Shown here: one piece after another, positions 27,623 through 43,010 of the stretch
Layout of the letters: each line of letters begins with the position of its first letter
Position numbering within the stretch: the first letter of the stretch is position 1
Origin: the human T2T-CHM13v2.0 reference genome, Homo sapiens
Reading direction: 5' to 3' (one strand)
NCBI RefSeq assembly: GCF_009914755.1
Contig: NC_060925.1
Length of the DNA: 64,000 nt
The notes under the pieces: model-generated
Seen by the model: only the letters and a program-made list of their open reading frames with translations
What the model was told of the DNA's origin: nothing
The model's database searches: none
Position numbers and translations under genes: made by a program

Positions 27623-29896
27623 TAAATAATTCAGTGTAATCCACTTAAAATGTACCAGGGTAGAAAAGCATCTTCCCAGTTCTGTGCCTCCATGGGGTGA
27701 TATTTACATTCTTGTTTTTATGCAAAGACCCAAGAGCATACAAATTCTATCCTTCCTCCCTCCCTCACATTTATCCTCTGTAGACATTGAAAGTCCTGTG
27801 AAAAAGCTGAAGCCACAAATAATGTGCTCCAATACGGTGTGACTTCCAGGAAGTGCTCTTAAAGGGAGGGTTGAGAACTTCTTAGCCTGGATTCCCTTTG
27901 CTTGTTGGCGGAATGCAGATGTAATAATTAGAACTTGAGCAGTTATCTTGAACCATGAGGTAGAAGCCACAATTTGAGAATCAAATTATCTTGAACTATG
28001 AGGTAGAAGCCACAAGATAGAAGGACTATGAGTTCACCATACTCTTTGAGTTATCATATCAGCCCTAGACTTCTTACTTCTGGGATTTGTTTTCATAGGA
28101 CAAAATAACCTTCTATCTTAAAGTAAATTATTTTGGGTTTTGTGTTATTTGCAGCAGTGAAACTATTCCTAAGTTTTACAACTGCTTGTTGTTTTTTAAA
28201 AAATTTAAATAATTGTAAATATACTCATTTTATATGCTGGTCTGATTATCATACTATTATTCAAAGTTCTTGGGATCTAATTCTGCAGTTTATTGTGTCT
28301 ATTGACTCACACTCATGAATGATTTCTTATTGTATATTTGTACTTTTGATGGGTAGCTCATCTTCGTTGGAGGATTTCTCTCTCTGTCTCTGTCTCTCTC
28401 ATTGCCTGTGATTTGAGTCATGAGTGTTTTTTCAGAATGGCTTATATTTGCTTTCATTCTGTACCTCTGACGTATCACCATTTGTTCTAGCTGCTATTGC
28501 TGCATAACTAACCCCCTCAAGTGTAGTGACACAAAACCACCATTTAATTAGCTCATGGAGTCTACTGGACAAAACTTCAAAAAGGGCACAGTAGGGACGG
28601 CTGGTCTCTACTCCGTGGTACCTGGGACCCTAGCTGAGAAGAACCAAAGCCTGGGGGCTGAGTCATATAAAGCCTCCTTCACTCACATGTCTGGTGGTTG
28701 ACACTGAATGTTATCTGGGACCTCAGCTAGAACTGTTGGCTGGAATGCCTACAGCCTACATGTGTCCTCTTGAAGTGACTGGGCTCATGGCATGGGGCTG
28801 GGTTCTAACAGTGAGCATCCAGAAGAGAGCCAGAAAAATCTGTCTTACCTTTTATTACCTAGCCTTGGAAGGCATAGGGTATCACTTCTGTCATGGTTGC
28901 AGCTCACCCAGATTCAAGGGTGAGGGAAAGTGGACTCCATCTTTTGATAGCAGATATGTCAAAGGGATTTCGTAAGAAGAGCATGTGGCATGGGAAATGT
29001 TCTTATGGCCATTTTTGAAAAAAACAAAACAAAACAAAACAATCTACCAGATCAGATCAGGACCAATTTTAATGTTAATTTCTTACCTTGGGGTTTTCTT
29101 GTCTCCACATGTTGAACCAGTGCTAAATCCAGTCTCAAGTTCAAGATTTTAAACTATCCACCCCTAAATTTGAGATCTCAGTTTGAGATTTTAAACTATC
29201 AAGGAACAATTTTTCTTCCTCCTAGAGCCTAGACAAAAATGGAGAACCTTCCACATAATTCTTCTTGTATCAGTTGGTGGTCTTTCCCAAGGTCAATTGA
29301 CAATGTAGACATCTGAAGGTCTTGATTTTTGTAACTGCCTCAGTTTTATATTTTTAGGCATCTTTCTCCTTCACTGGCTGAAGCTCCCCAAGGACAGGCC
29401 CTGTGTCTCCTTCATCTTTGTATTTCTGGCAACTTACACAAATGCCCATTACATTGTAGAGGCTCAGTGAGTGTTTCTGAACTGAACTAAACTCTCTTTC
29501 CTTTATTCTGATATCATGTTTCTGACCTTTACAGAGTATCCAATTATTCCTGCTGACCTCATTATTTTATCTTTTTTTTTTTTTTAAAGAGTTATTTGTT
29601 GTTTGAAGACTTTCTGTGATTACTGGAGGTACAGGACCATAGATGTCCAATAAATTAATCATGTTATGAGTTTAGCATTTAGTTGATTCCTTTTATTTGC
29701 AATGCAACATGCATAAATATTTCAGTGTAATGCACTTAAAAGGTACCAGGGTAGAAAAGCATCTCCCCAGTACTGGGTCCCCATGGAGTGATGCTTACAT
29801 TCTTGTTTTTATCCAAATACAAAAGCAAGTACAACTTTCATCTTCCCTCCCACCAATTTATGCTCTATAGACATTGCAAGTCCTGTGAAAAGGCTG
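27623..29896. repeat. Dispersed direct repeat pair of ~185 bp (27623-27809 and 29714-29896)
   Basis: colinear alignment by eye, roughly 80% identical, e.g. gtaccagggtagaaaagcatct and ttacattcttgtttttat in both. Confidence 0.9.
28482..29015 (-). mobile_element. Old MLT1 LTR
   Basis: tgttctagctgctattgctgcataac...ccagattcaagggtgagggaaagtggactccatcttttgat. Confidence 0.6.
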
Positions 29897-30992
29897 TGCT
29901 ATGCTTAGTCTCAATCCTGACTGAGTGCTATCAGTTATCACTTTAGCAAAGCTGGTGTGACTTGTGGATACAAAAAATGAAGAGTGGAAGATGAATGAAG
30001 TTAGGAGAAGTAAGCAACACAGAAATGCATTTTAAATAAAATTTTATGATCGCTAAAGATAAACTTACCATTATTCATGGGAGAATCTTCTTAATAACAA
30101 TTCCCAGCATAATCTTTCTGTGTCTCTCTCCAATCCCTCATCAGATGTTTCCCATTGGTTCTGATATGATTGACTCTGAAGTTTCCATATTAATGGGGAG
30201 AGTGAGAGAATTTAAAAAATTGACAATTACAAATAATTCCCAAAACCCACTTTAATCATTAGTTTAATCTGTTGTCTCCCACCTCCAACTTTATTGAGGA
30301 TTGCTTGTTTAAGCAGCAAACATTGGCTTGGAATTTCATCCCCTTCCTTTTCCTTTAATAATGTTAATGGTAATAAAAATAATAATTGATATTTATATTG
30401 TGCTTTAGAGCTTACAATACATTTTTCACATTATTTGGACAACTAAGCTGTGAGAGACCCATAAAAAACTGTCTCACAACACTGCTGTCATTCATGTTCT
30501 TATTCTCATATTTTTGGATTATGGCTATGGCTTCCCCTCTCTGTCTTTAGGCCATCTTACAATTGCTATGAGCATCATCTTCCTAAAGTTCCATGTGAGT
30601 TGCGTCACCACTCTGCTCAGAAACCTTCAATAACTCACTACTAGAAATATAAAAGCCAATTTTCTTAGCCTCCTGCGGAAAACCTTCTAAAATTGACCTC
30701 AACATGCCATTCCAGTTTAATTGCCCAGTATTCTTTTACATAAAACTTATGTTCTAGCCAATCTACTATTACCCTTTCCACATCTTAGTTTTGGCTCTTA
30801 CTGTTTCTCCACGTGGAACTGCTTTCTTTAATGTTTTCCTATTAAACCGCATTTAACTTTTAAGGTCCAATACACAATCCGTCTAACTTATGAAGCTCTC
30901 ATGGCTGACAAAACAGATCTTTCTCTCTTTAAGTTTCTTTACCACATTGTTCATATGATACTTATTTTTGATTAAAAAGAAATGGTTTATTT

Positions 30993-31378
<386 letters not shown>

Positions 31379-32832
31379 TTAGAGCCCTGAATCTCAGTGA
31401 ATTCACACAGTAAGACTTCAGTTTTTACTTATGTGACATTCTGACACGGCTTCTGGATTGAAGAAACCATTTCGTGGCTCTTCCATTTTTAACACAGGCT
31501 CTCAAGTTTCCCTTGGTGGTAGTGGTGGTGGATGTCTTCTCTCTTTTACCTCAGCCAGCAGGAGAAAGTACATAGACAAAGTGTATATGGATGATTCTTC
31601 TCAGCAAACACTGGAAACAATGCCTATTGCTTCCTTTCATATTCCATTAGAAATCCATCACAGGCCACGAGAGGGGGTGGGAAATGTCTAGGCCTGTGCC
31701 CACGAAGAAGAGGAAACGTGTTTGGTGACCAGCTGGGCCGTTTCTTTACAGATTGTGATAATTTGCCTCTTTTCCCATTGTTCCTTTATCAACCCTTAAA
31801 GAAAGACACTTTCTCTTTAGGAGATTCTGTCCCCTTGAAGAAGTTTTGGGGACAAAAAATTCTGCCACCTCTCCATTTCACCTGCTTTTTTCTATGGGAG
31901 AAGAAATAACATATAGGGAACCCAGTGACAATCAGATGCCCACTGGACCAGGTTAAGCAGAGATTAAGGGAGGGACCCAGGTCGTGTCGTGCCTTAAATT
32001 GAACAATTTTGGAAATGCAAAAATTATGACTATTGATTTGATAGTGTCCCCCTAACATCTTGGACAGATCTTTGCAAGTAAGAGCTCTGATACTTAAACC
32101 TCCTTAGCTTAGTAATAATCCTGTCTCTGGCTGCTACCACATTGGTAAAGCCACTGAATCCCCCGTCTATACTCTGCCACCCTCCAGTGTGTAAGGAGGC
32201 TGCACTCCCCTTTCTCTTGTTCTCTAGGTCAGATCAATTGCCACAGGCCTGCCCTAAGGTCTGAGTTGAGACAAGAGCTTCATTTTGATTTCAAGTCTTA
32301 GCTGTATTCTCTGATTCAATGTAGTAGCTTTGTCATGTGTGAATTTTGCTAGGCTGAACTGTATTTCCCAGAATCTTTTTCTTATATATTGCCACTTAGG
32401 GGATCCCCCAGAGAGAGTCTAATGGGAAGTGAAGCAGCATCCACGTTTCAGCTCATACAAGTTCTCGCTTATCCATTGGAGCGAGGCGGTGGCTCGGCCT
32501 GCAATTGCTCCAGCCTATCTGACTCCTCCTTCAGCTTCTCTGACTCCTGGGCCAGGTGTGTCTGTTTAGTTCCAGTGATGATGGGCCCTGGTTTCTGTAG
32601 GACACTCATACTATTCATGTTGAGGTAACAAGAACTGACACTAGTTATTTATCTGTGTGGGTTTTGGCTCATGCTTGTGGGTTCTAGCTTATTCTTGTTC
32701 TCCACTGTACACTCACTCCTTCCCCAACTGCTTGCCCTGAGGACTTCAAGTTCCAGCATCAGATATGAAGACAACAATTTTACAGAAACTGCTTAGCCAG
32801 CTCCCCCAGTTGCAGAAGGTCATATCCCTTTA

Positions 32833-32842
32833 ATCTATCTAA

Positions 32843-32884
<42 letters not shown>

Positions 32885-32925
32885 GTCTGTCTACCTATCT
32901 ATCTATTTATCCATCAATCATCTAT
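32833..32925. repeat. (TCTA)n tetranucleotide STR
   Basis: read directly. Confidence 0.95.
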
Positions 32926-32929
32926 GTAT

Positions 32930-34310
<1,381 letters not shown>

Positions 34311-34779
34311 TACTTACACATAGTAAACACACTTCTAGGCACTTGACATATATTGGCTCGTTTACTCCTCACAACAAGCTTTGAAGTAAGGATTATTACG
34401 ATATCCATTTTACAGATGAGAAAATGAAGAAACAGAGAAGTTAAATTATTTACATGGCAGAGCTGCACTTGAAATCCAGGCAGTCTGGCTCCAGAGCCTA
34501 TGCTCCTTCCTACTGTGTTATATTCACCTCTCCATAACTTACGGGGAACTTAAGATCATTAACTCTGAGAGTTAGTGTAAGATCTAATGTCTGTTGAATA
34601 TTTACTAATGTGCCAGGCATTAAATGCTGTACATGTATTATCTGTCTAGTTCTTACAACCATTCTATGACATAGGCTCCATTATTTTCTTATAGAGAAGG
34701 AAACAAGCTTAGAGAGGTTAAGAAACTTGTTTAAGGTCACACAGCTGGTAAGTAGCTGAGCCAAAAAGAGATGTTATAG

Positions 34780-34782
<3 letters not shown>

Positions 34783-34830
<48 letters not shown>

Positions 34831-34837
34831 TGTGTGT
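34783..34837. repeat. (GT)n microsatellite
   Basis: read directly. Confidence 0.95.
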
Positions 34838-36688
34838 TCTAGGCCAACCCCTAACCCATGATAGGAATTATTTCTGTGACATCTTACAGTGTTAGACCTT
34901 ATGAACTCTATGGTGGGCCCACTACTTTCTTGCAATGCAGACTTGAACAACTCTGTTAGAAAGTTCTGTTACATTTTTTTAAAGTTGGGAGGCTATTAAG
35001 CTGGAGTGGCTCCAGGGCTTTACATTCCTACTGAGCAAATCAAAGCCCGATGTAAACAGTAAGACAGAGCTAGCGAATTTAACAATCAGAAATTGCCAAA
35101 AACAAAAACAAAAAACATATATATTTATTTTATATAATACATATAATATATAAATATATATTTAACATATTTATATTGTATATATCTATAACATATAAAA
35201 ATATATTTAACATTTACTATATTATTTATGATATATTACATATTATATATTAATATACTATAATATATTTAATATACTATATATTATATAAATATATTTA
35301 TGTTTAATATTATATTAAAATATCAATTTCAATATTTGCATCAATATTTACATATATTCTATTATTAAATAGAGATGGGGTCTCACTACCTTGCCCAGAC
35401 TGGTCTCAAACTCTTGGCCTCAAGTAATCCCCCAGCTTTGGCCTCCCAAAGTGCTGAGATTATGTGTGAACCACCACACCTTGCCAAATATATTTTCCTT
35501 GTCTTCCTTCTGTATTCATCCTATAAAAACTTTCTACCCATTGCTGCTGCCGTGGAGTTCTCTGAACTACTGGTTCTGAGTGCTGCTCAGTTCATGAATT
35601 GTTCTTTGCTTAAATAGACTTTCAAAAATTCATTTTGTCTAAAGTTTTTCTTTTAACAGTTTTGGTGTCAGAATTCGAATCTGAAGGAGTTTACCCCCAC
35701 TCCCCGTGATGACTCCTGGGAGCAATGAGTAAACAGGCATAGGTACCTCATTGAAGCCTTTGTGCTCACTGCTTCTTGCTGTGCATTTGGAGATTACTCT
35801 TGTACACAAGCTCTGCAACTGGTGTCAAGTTCTCTGAGTTCATTTGAACATTTTAAATCTGGACTGGGTCTGGAAGTCATGATAAAAACCAAACTGGTTC
35901 CAGAAGAGAGGCCTCTAGTAGGTAAGATATGAGGAGACAGGGAATCATGGGTTCATCTGGATCCAAGGAGTCTAGAACTCCATCATCTGAAACTCTAGCC
36001 AATCTCATGTATGATGACTAGGGACCCAGGCCCTGTGCTTTTCTAGGGAAATGGGTAGACCTTACCAAAGACAACTTAAGAGTTACAATGGCCACAGTGA
36101 AGAATTTTTAACCTAGTTAAAATTGTTCGCTTGTGAGGTGCATTAGAAAATAAAGGACCCAAAATTCTTCAGAAACAATGGGAGGTATTTTTTTATTGGC
36201 ATATGGAGGCTCCAAAAAGACAAAATGAATCAAAAATTGCCCCTCCAAAAAAATCCTTACAAAAGGCCAATGAAAAGCTTAAGCAACTAATTGATGAAAC
36301 AGAAAAAATAATATCTCACTACTCTTATTTTCTTTTTATCCTTCTCTCCTACTCTGAATCTACAAATTTTTTCACTTAGATATCTTCCTACCCCATACAT
36401 GAAAATAAAAGTAGATAAATGCCTTATAAAATTAGGCCCCCAGGGAAACCAGATTTGCTTCTTTAACTTCTTTGGTCAAAGACTTGAGTTCAGATCAATA
36501 GTAAATGGTTTCCCCCTTTCAAAGGAAAAACCTCAGAAAATTGTTTAGGAATTTAAAATTCTCACTGAAGTATATAATCTAAGACCCTTGATCTTTACCA
36601 ATTTAGTCACATGATACTTGCACCTGGCAAAGCCCATAAATTAATAACTGGAGCCAAATGGCAGGTACTTGAGAAAGATATCAAATAT

Positions 36689-37242
36689 GTGTTACAGGAA
36701 AAGGGTCCCAATCCAGACCCCAAGAGAGGGTTCTTGGATCTCGTGCAAGAAAGAATTCAGGGTGAGTCCGTACAATAAAGTGAAAGCAAGTTTATTAGGA
36801 AAGTAAAGGAATAAAAGAATGGTTACTCCTTAGACAGAGCCACCCATAGAGCTGCTGGTTGGCCATTTTTATGGTTAATTCTTGATGATATGTTAAACAA
36901 GGGGTGGATTATTCATGCCTCCCTTTTTAGACCATATAGGGTAACTTCCTGATGTTGCCATGGTATTTGTAAACTGTCAGTGGTTCTGGTGGGAGTGTAG
37001 CAGTGAGGGAGACCAGAGGTCACTCTTGTTGCCATCTTGGTTTTGGTGGGTTAGAGCTGGCTTCTTTACTGCAAACTGTTTTATCAGCAAGGTCTTTATG
37101 ACCTGTATTTTATGCCAACCTCCTATCTCATCCTATGATTTACAATGCTTTAATCATCTGGGAATGCAGCCTAGTAGGTTTCAGCCCCATTTTACCCAGC
37201 TCCTATTCAAGATGGAGTTGCTCCCGCTCAAACGCCTTGGCA
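36689..37242 (-). mobile_element. MER4A-like solo LTR nested in the provirus
   Basis: tgttacaggaaaagggtcccaatccagaccccaagagagggttcttgg...caagatggagttgctc. Confidence 0.8.
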
Positions 37243-39741
37243 GATTCGACCACTCAATATTTCAGGAGTGGACCAATAAAAGGCTATGAAAATAGCAAAT
37301 AATCTCCTAGAATCCATTCTTGAAATATTCCCTCAAAAAAAGTCCACTGCTCTGTCATTCCATCTTGTAAACAAACAAACAAAAAAGAATAAACCGGTCT
37401 CTGACTATAAGGCAAGATTAGAAGTACTATTTGTAAAACATTCTGGTCTCATGCTGAGTCCAGGCATAGAAAATGCCTTGTCTGCCCTATTCATTATGGG
37501 TTCTGCTCTAAACTCAGTAATATAGTTTGAAAAACACAGGCTGGGCTAGGAAGCTGCCTATTCAGCTAAATTAGTCTCAAAATATGCCTTTTCAGCGTAA
37601 GTACTACTTTCAGCTGATTATTTTGGGACTGTTTTGTAAGAAAAATGTACTTCCATAAAGGAAACCTTCATTTGTAAGGCCTCTCTGCATCAGAAAGAGA
37701 AGAAAGACGGCATCACTAAAAACTGTTACAATGGAAAAGGAACTGGCTTAAGGCTACTTAACAAGACTCACTTTTCTTTAAGGCGGCTTTCCCGGTCTTC
37801 TTGTCTTAACTGGTCCTTCACCTATATGCTTTTTTGTTTCTGCAAATGATGGTATTTAATCATAAAGTCTAAGCTCCATGTCTTTGAAATGTAAATTTTC
37901 TACCTTGTCATATCTTAGAGCACTTTGGAAATGCAAATTTAAGGGAAATGATTCATTGGAGGAAAACAAAAAAGGAGCTATGTGGAAACTAGCAAACACA
38001 AAATCTTTCAAGTCTTTTCTACAAATATTGGAAAAATGTTCTAGCCATCTGGGCAGATAATCTCATTCCATTGGTCAGAAATACAATTCTGAATCAGATA
38101 TTCTTTTACAAACTGATGAGTTTTATATATTGTACCTGGTATGTGACTAAAACTAAAATGAAAGCTATAGGATCTCTGCATATGTCTATGTTTAAGTAAG
38201 TCTATTTATGTTATATATATGTAACCTTTTTCTGCCTCTGGATGGTATTGACAAAATTATAAAAGAGCTCTAATTGGCTTAGAGAAAAATGAGTGCTTAT
38301 ATAAATTAAGTATTCCTTAAACTCTTGGAAGTATAGAAACTAACCCAAATGCTTTTCAAGTTCACATGACTTAGGTACATCTTTGGAAAACAAAACAAGA
38401 CTAGTTCAGTATTTTTGGTTTAATAAAAGTAGTTGTGTCTTTTGAGTTACCAGTTTTGAGGACAATATCAGCATAACATTTTAATTTTACTTGGGTTTAC
38501 CAGTCAAATAAGTTTATGTTATCTTTACTGCATGTTTCAGATTATAGATCTATGAGGTCAACCTAAGAATAAATGTACAAGTGGAAGTACAGTGTCCATT
38601 ACTTCATGTATATCATATGTAGCAGAAAAATAGCAACAAAAATCACGTATTTAACATTTAGGATTCTTGCTTTCATGAAGACTGTCTGACCTGCACATGC
38701 CGTCAAAATAGCTAACAGAGAATAACTTGATGATGGCTAGCTTTGTTTTGTATTATAATGTGTCTATTTAAAAATAGTTTCCCAAATCTCTTTGGTAACT
38801 TACACCCTTGGAATTTCACTAAATGAAATTAAATGATGAATATTCATTTAAATATTTAGATCATTTCCAAATAAGATAAAATACTGAAACATTAATTTCT
38901 TTAAACTGATCTAATTTTGGCTTCTTATTACAGAAAAATTAAAGATATTTGGTCTGTTAGCAAACATGTCTTGTGCCACATTGAAAAATTGTACTATGAG
39001 AAAGTACATGCTTCTAAAAATTAAAGTTAATGAGAGTTAAGAATTCTGGCTGACATGTGATAATTAAAACTAGAAATAATAAGAGAAACAACTCGTATAT
39101 GAGGTGTGTAAGACATGTTTTTGGTAAGTAAAACTATTAGGCATGAGGATTTTTGTTGTTGTTTTGTTGCTAAGGGAAAAAGAAAGTAATTTTTGTCTTA
39201 AAATTGAATGACTCATTATTCCACAGTAGGACAGGAGAAAGGTGTAGGACTAAACTGAATGGATATAAGAAAGTTGTAGAAGGTTTGTGGAAGAGAAATC
39301 TTGGAAAAGGAATTTTATGTGTGATCAAGTTGGCTAAGATTTATATGAATTTATGATGTTATTAAAAATTACAAGCTTCAGTGTCAAAAGAATGTGAGTA
39401 CAAAGTTTTCTTGCAGTACTGGTCTGTTCTTGTTGTATTAGGGCTTCAATTACTTAAGAAAACTGAGTTCTCTCTATTAAAAGAGCTAAGGTTTTTCTGT
39501 AACTATGTAACTCTCTGTATTTGTCTTTGATGTTTCTTAACTTCATTTAAATATTGTTTCATAACTTTTTAAACATTTAGATCATTTCCAAATAAGATAA
39601 AATGCTGAAACATTACTGAACATAAGTTTAAGCTTATCTAATTTTGGCTTCTTATTACAGAAAAATTAAGGATTAATTTAAAATTATTAATTATTAATTT
39701 AAAATTATTAATTATTAATTTAAAATTAAAGGTTAATTTAA

Positions 39742-40053
<312 letters not shown>

Positions 40054-40204
40054 TAAAGGTTAATTTTAAATTATCACTCTGGTTAAATGAATGACTATTG
40101 TTTCATAGTAACCTGGGATCCTATTTTGACAAAGTGTTTTAAACCTTTGATTTATTGGACAAACTTCTCAAAATCAAATTCTAAATTAAGTCTATTTTTT
40201 TTTA

Positions 40205-42482
40205 AAAGACATATTCAAAACTGGGGAAAAAAAAGGTTTAATTGGACTTAAGAGTTCCACATGGCTAGGGAGGCCTCAGAATCATGGCGGGAGGTGAAAA
40301 GCACTTCTTACGTGGTGGTGACAGTAAGAGAAAAATGAGGAAGAAGCAAAAGTTGAAAAGCAAAAGAGATCTGATAAGCCCATCAGATCTCGTGAGACTT
40401 ATTTACTATCATGAGAATAGCATGGGAAAGACTGGCCCCCTTGATTCAATTACCTCCTCCTGGATCCCTCCCACAACATGTGGGAATTCTGGGAGATACA
40501 ATTCAAGTTGAGATGTGGGTGGGGACACGGCCAAACCATATCATTCCGCCCCTGGCACCTCCAAATCTCATGTCCTCACATTTCAAAACCAATCATGCCT
40601 TCCCAACGGTCCTCCAAAGTCTTAACTCATTTCAGCATTAACCCAAAAGTCCACAGTCCAAAGTCTCATCTGAGACAAGGCAAGTCCCTTCTGCCTATGA
40701 GCCTGTAGAATCAAAAGCAAGTTAGTTACCTCCTAGATACAATGGGGGTACAGGTATTTGGTAAATACAGCCATTCCAAATGGGAGAAATTGGCCAAAAC
40801 AAAGGGGTTACAGGGTCCACGCAAATCTGAAATCCAGCAGGGCAGTCAAATGTTAAAGCTCCAAAATGATCTCCTTTGATGCCAGGTCTCACATCCAGGT
40901 CACACTGATGCAAAAGGCGGGTTCCCATGGTCTTGGGCAGCTCCACCCCTGTGGCTTTTCAGGGTACAGCCACCCTCATGGCTGCTTTCCTGGTCTGGCA
41001 TTGAGTGTTTGTGGCTTTTCCAGGCACATGGTGCAAACTACCAGTGGATCTACCATTCTGGGGCGTGAAGGATGGTGGCCTTCTTCTCACAGCTCCACTA
41101 GACAATGCCCCATTAGGGACTCTTTGTGGGGGTTCCAACCCCACATTTCCCTTCCCCACTGCCCTAGCAGAGGTTCTCCACGTGTGCCCCCCTCCACCTG
41201 CAGCAAACTTCTGCCAGGGCATGCAGGCAATTCTATACATCCTCTGAAATCTAGGTGGAGGTTCCCAAGCCTCAATTCTTGACTTCTGTGCACCCACAGG
41301 CTCAACACCATGTGGAAACTGCCAAGACTTGGGGCTTTCACCCTCTGAAACCACAGCCCGAGCTGTACATTGTCCCCTTTCAGCCACGGCTGGAGTGGCT
41401 GGGACACAGGGCACCAAGTCCCTAGGCTGCACACAGCAAGGAGACCCTGGGTCTGGTCCATAAAACCACTTTTTCCTCCTGGGCCTCTAAACCTGTGATG
41501 GGAGGGGCTGCTGTGAAGATCTCTGACATGGCCTGGAGACATTTTCCTGGTGGTCTTGGGGATTAACTTCTTGCTGCTTATGCAAATTTCTGAAGCCAGC
41601 TTGAATTTCTCCTAAAAAAAAATGGATTTTTCTTTTCTATTGCATTGTCAGGCTGCAAATTTTCTGAACTTTTATGCTCTGTTTGCCTTTTTAAATGGAA
41701 TGCTTTTAACAGCACCCATGTCAGCTTTTGAATGCTTTGCTGCTTAGAAATTTCTTACATCAGATACCCTAAATAATCTCCCTCAAGTTCAAAGTTCCAC
41801 AAATCTCTAGGGCAGGGGTAAAATGCCACCAGTCTCTTTGCTAAAACATAACAAGAGTTGCCGTTGCTCCAGTTCCCAACAAGTTCCTCATCTCCATCTG
41901 CTCCATCTGAGACCAACTCAGCCTGGACCTTATTGTTCATATCACTATCAGCATTTTTGTCAAAGCCATTTAACAAGCCTCTAGGAGGTTCCAAAGTTTC
42001 CCACATTCTCCTGTCTTCTTCTGAGCCCTCCAAACTGTTCCAACTCTTCCTGTTACCCAGTTCCAAAGTCACTCCCATATTTTCAGGTATCTTTTCAGCA
42101 ACACCCCGCTGTACTGGTATCAATTTACTGTATTAGTTCGTTTTCATGCTGCTGATAAAGGCATACCCAAAACTGGGAACGAAAAGAGGTTTAATTGGAC
42201 TTAGAGTTCTGCATGGCTGGGGAGGCCTCAGAAGCATGGTGGGAGGTGAAAGGCACTTCTTACATGGTGGTAGCAAGAGAAAAATGAGGAAGAAGCAAAA
42301 GCAGAAACCGCTGATAAGCCCGTCAGATATTGTGAGACTTATTTGCTATCATGAGAATAGCACGGGGAAGACCAGCCTCTATAATTCAATTACCTCCCCT
42401 GGGTCCCTCCCACAACAGGTGGGAATTCTGGGAGATACAATTCAAGTTGAGATTTGGGTGAAGACACAGCCAAACCATATCA
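40205..42482 (-). mobile_element. Near-complete THE1 (C/D like) element: LTR 42129-42482, internal 40544-42128, truncated LTR 40205-40543
   Basis: two homologous ~350-bp LTRs ending aaaccatatca around a ~1.6-kb MaLR internal region. Confidence 0.92.
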
Positions 42483-42799
42483 TCCTGGTATGATGTTATC
42501 TGTCATAGTTTTGATTATTGTGTTAAAATGTTGTATGCCACAGAAATAACCACATTTCCTTGTCAATTGCATCATTATTGTAGTGAACTCTCTTCGGATC
42601 TTTAACCATGACCATCTTAAGTCTTAAAATTAAGTTTCATCAACTATAATGCTAATGTGTTTAGTCTTTAAGGAGAGTCATAGAAAGGACTCTGACAAGT
42701 ACTGGTTTCTAACTTTAATACTGCACCATTGAATTGGGTAAGAATTTTCAGAACTCTAATAAAGAAAATAATTGATTCATAAAACTGCTGACACAACAT

Positions 42800-43010
42800 T
42801 GGTGATGGGCACATGTAATCCCAGCTACTCGGGAGGCTGAGGGAGGAGAATTGCTTGAACCTGGGAGGCAGAAGTTGCAGCGAGCGGAGGTCGCACCACT
42901 GTACTCCAGCCTGAGCAACATAGCGAGACTCCGTCTCAAAAAAACCAACCAACCAACAAACAAAAAAACCTGAAAAACCAAACCAAACCAAACCAAACCA
43001 AAACAAAACA
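42800..43010 (+). mobile_element. 5'-truncated Alu (right arm)
   Basis: right arm with (AAACC)n tail; flanks ctgctgacacaacat / ctgctaacacaacat. Confidence 0.85.

Noticed and set aside
40866-42136. ORFs of 120-160 aa on both strands
   Set aside because: They lie within the THE1 internal region and are fragments typical of MaLR sequence, not a host gene
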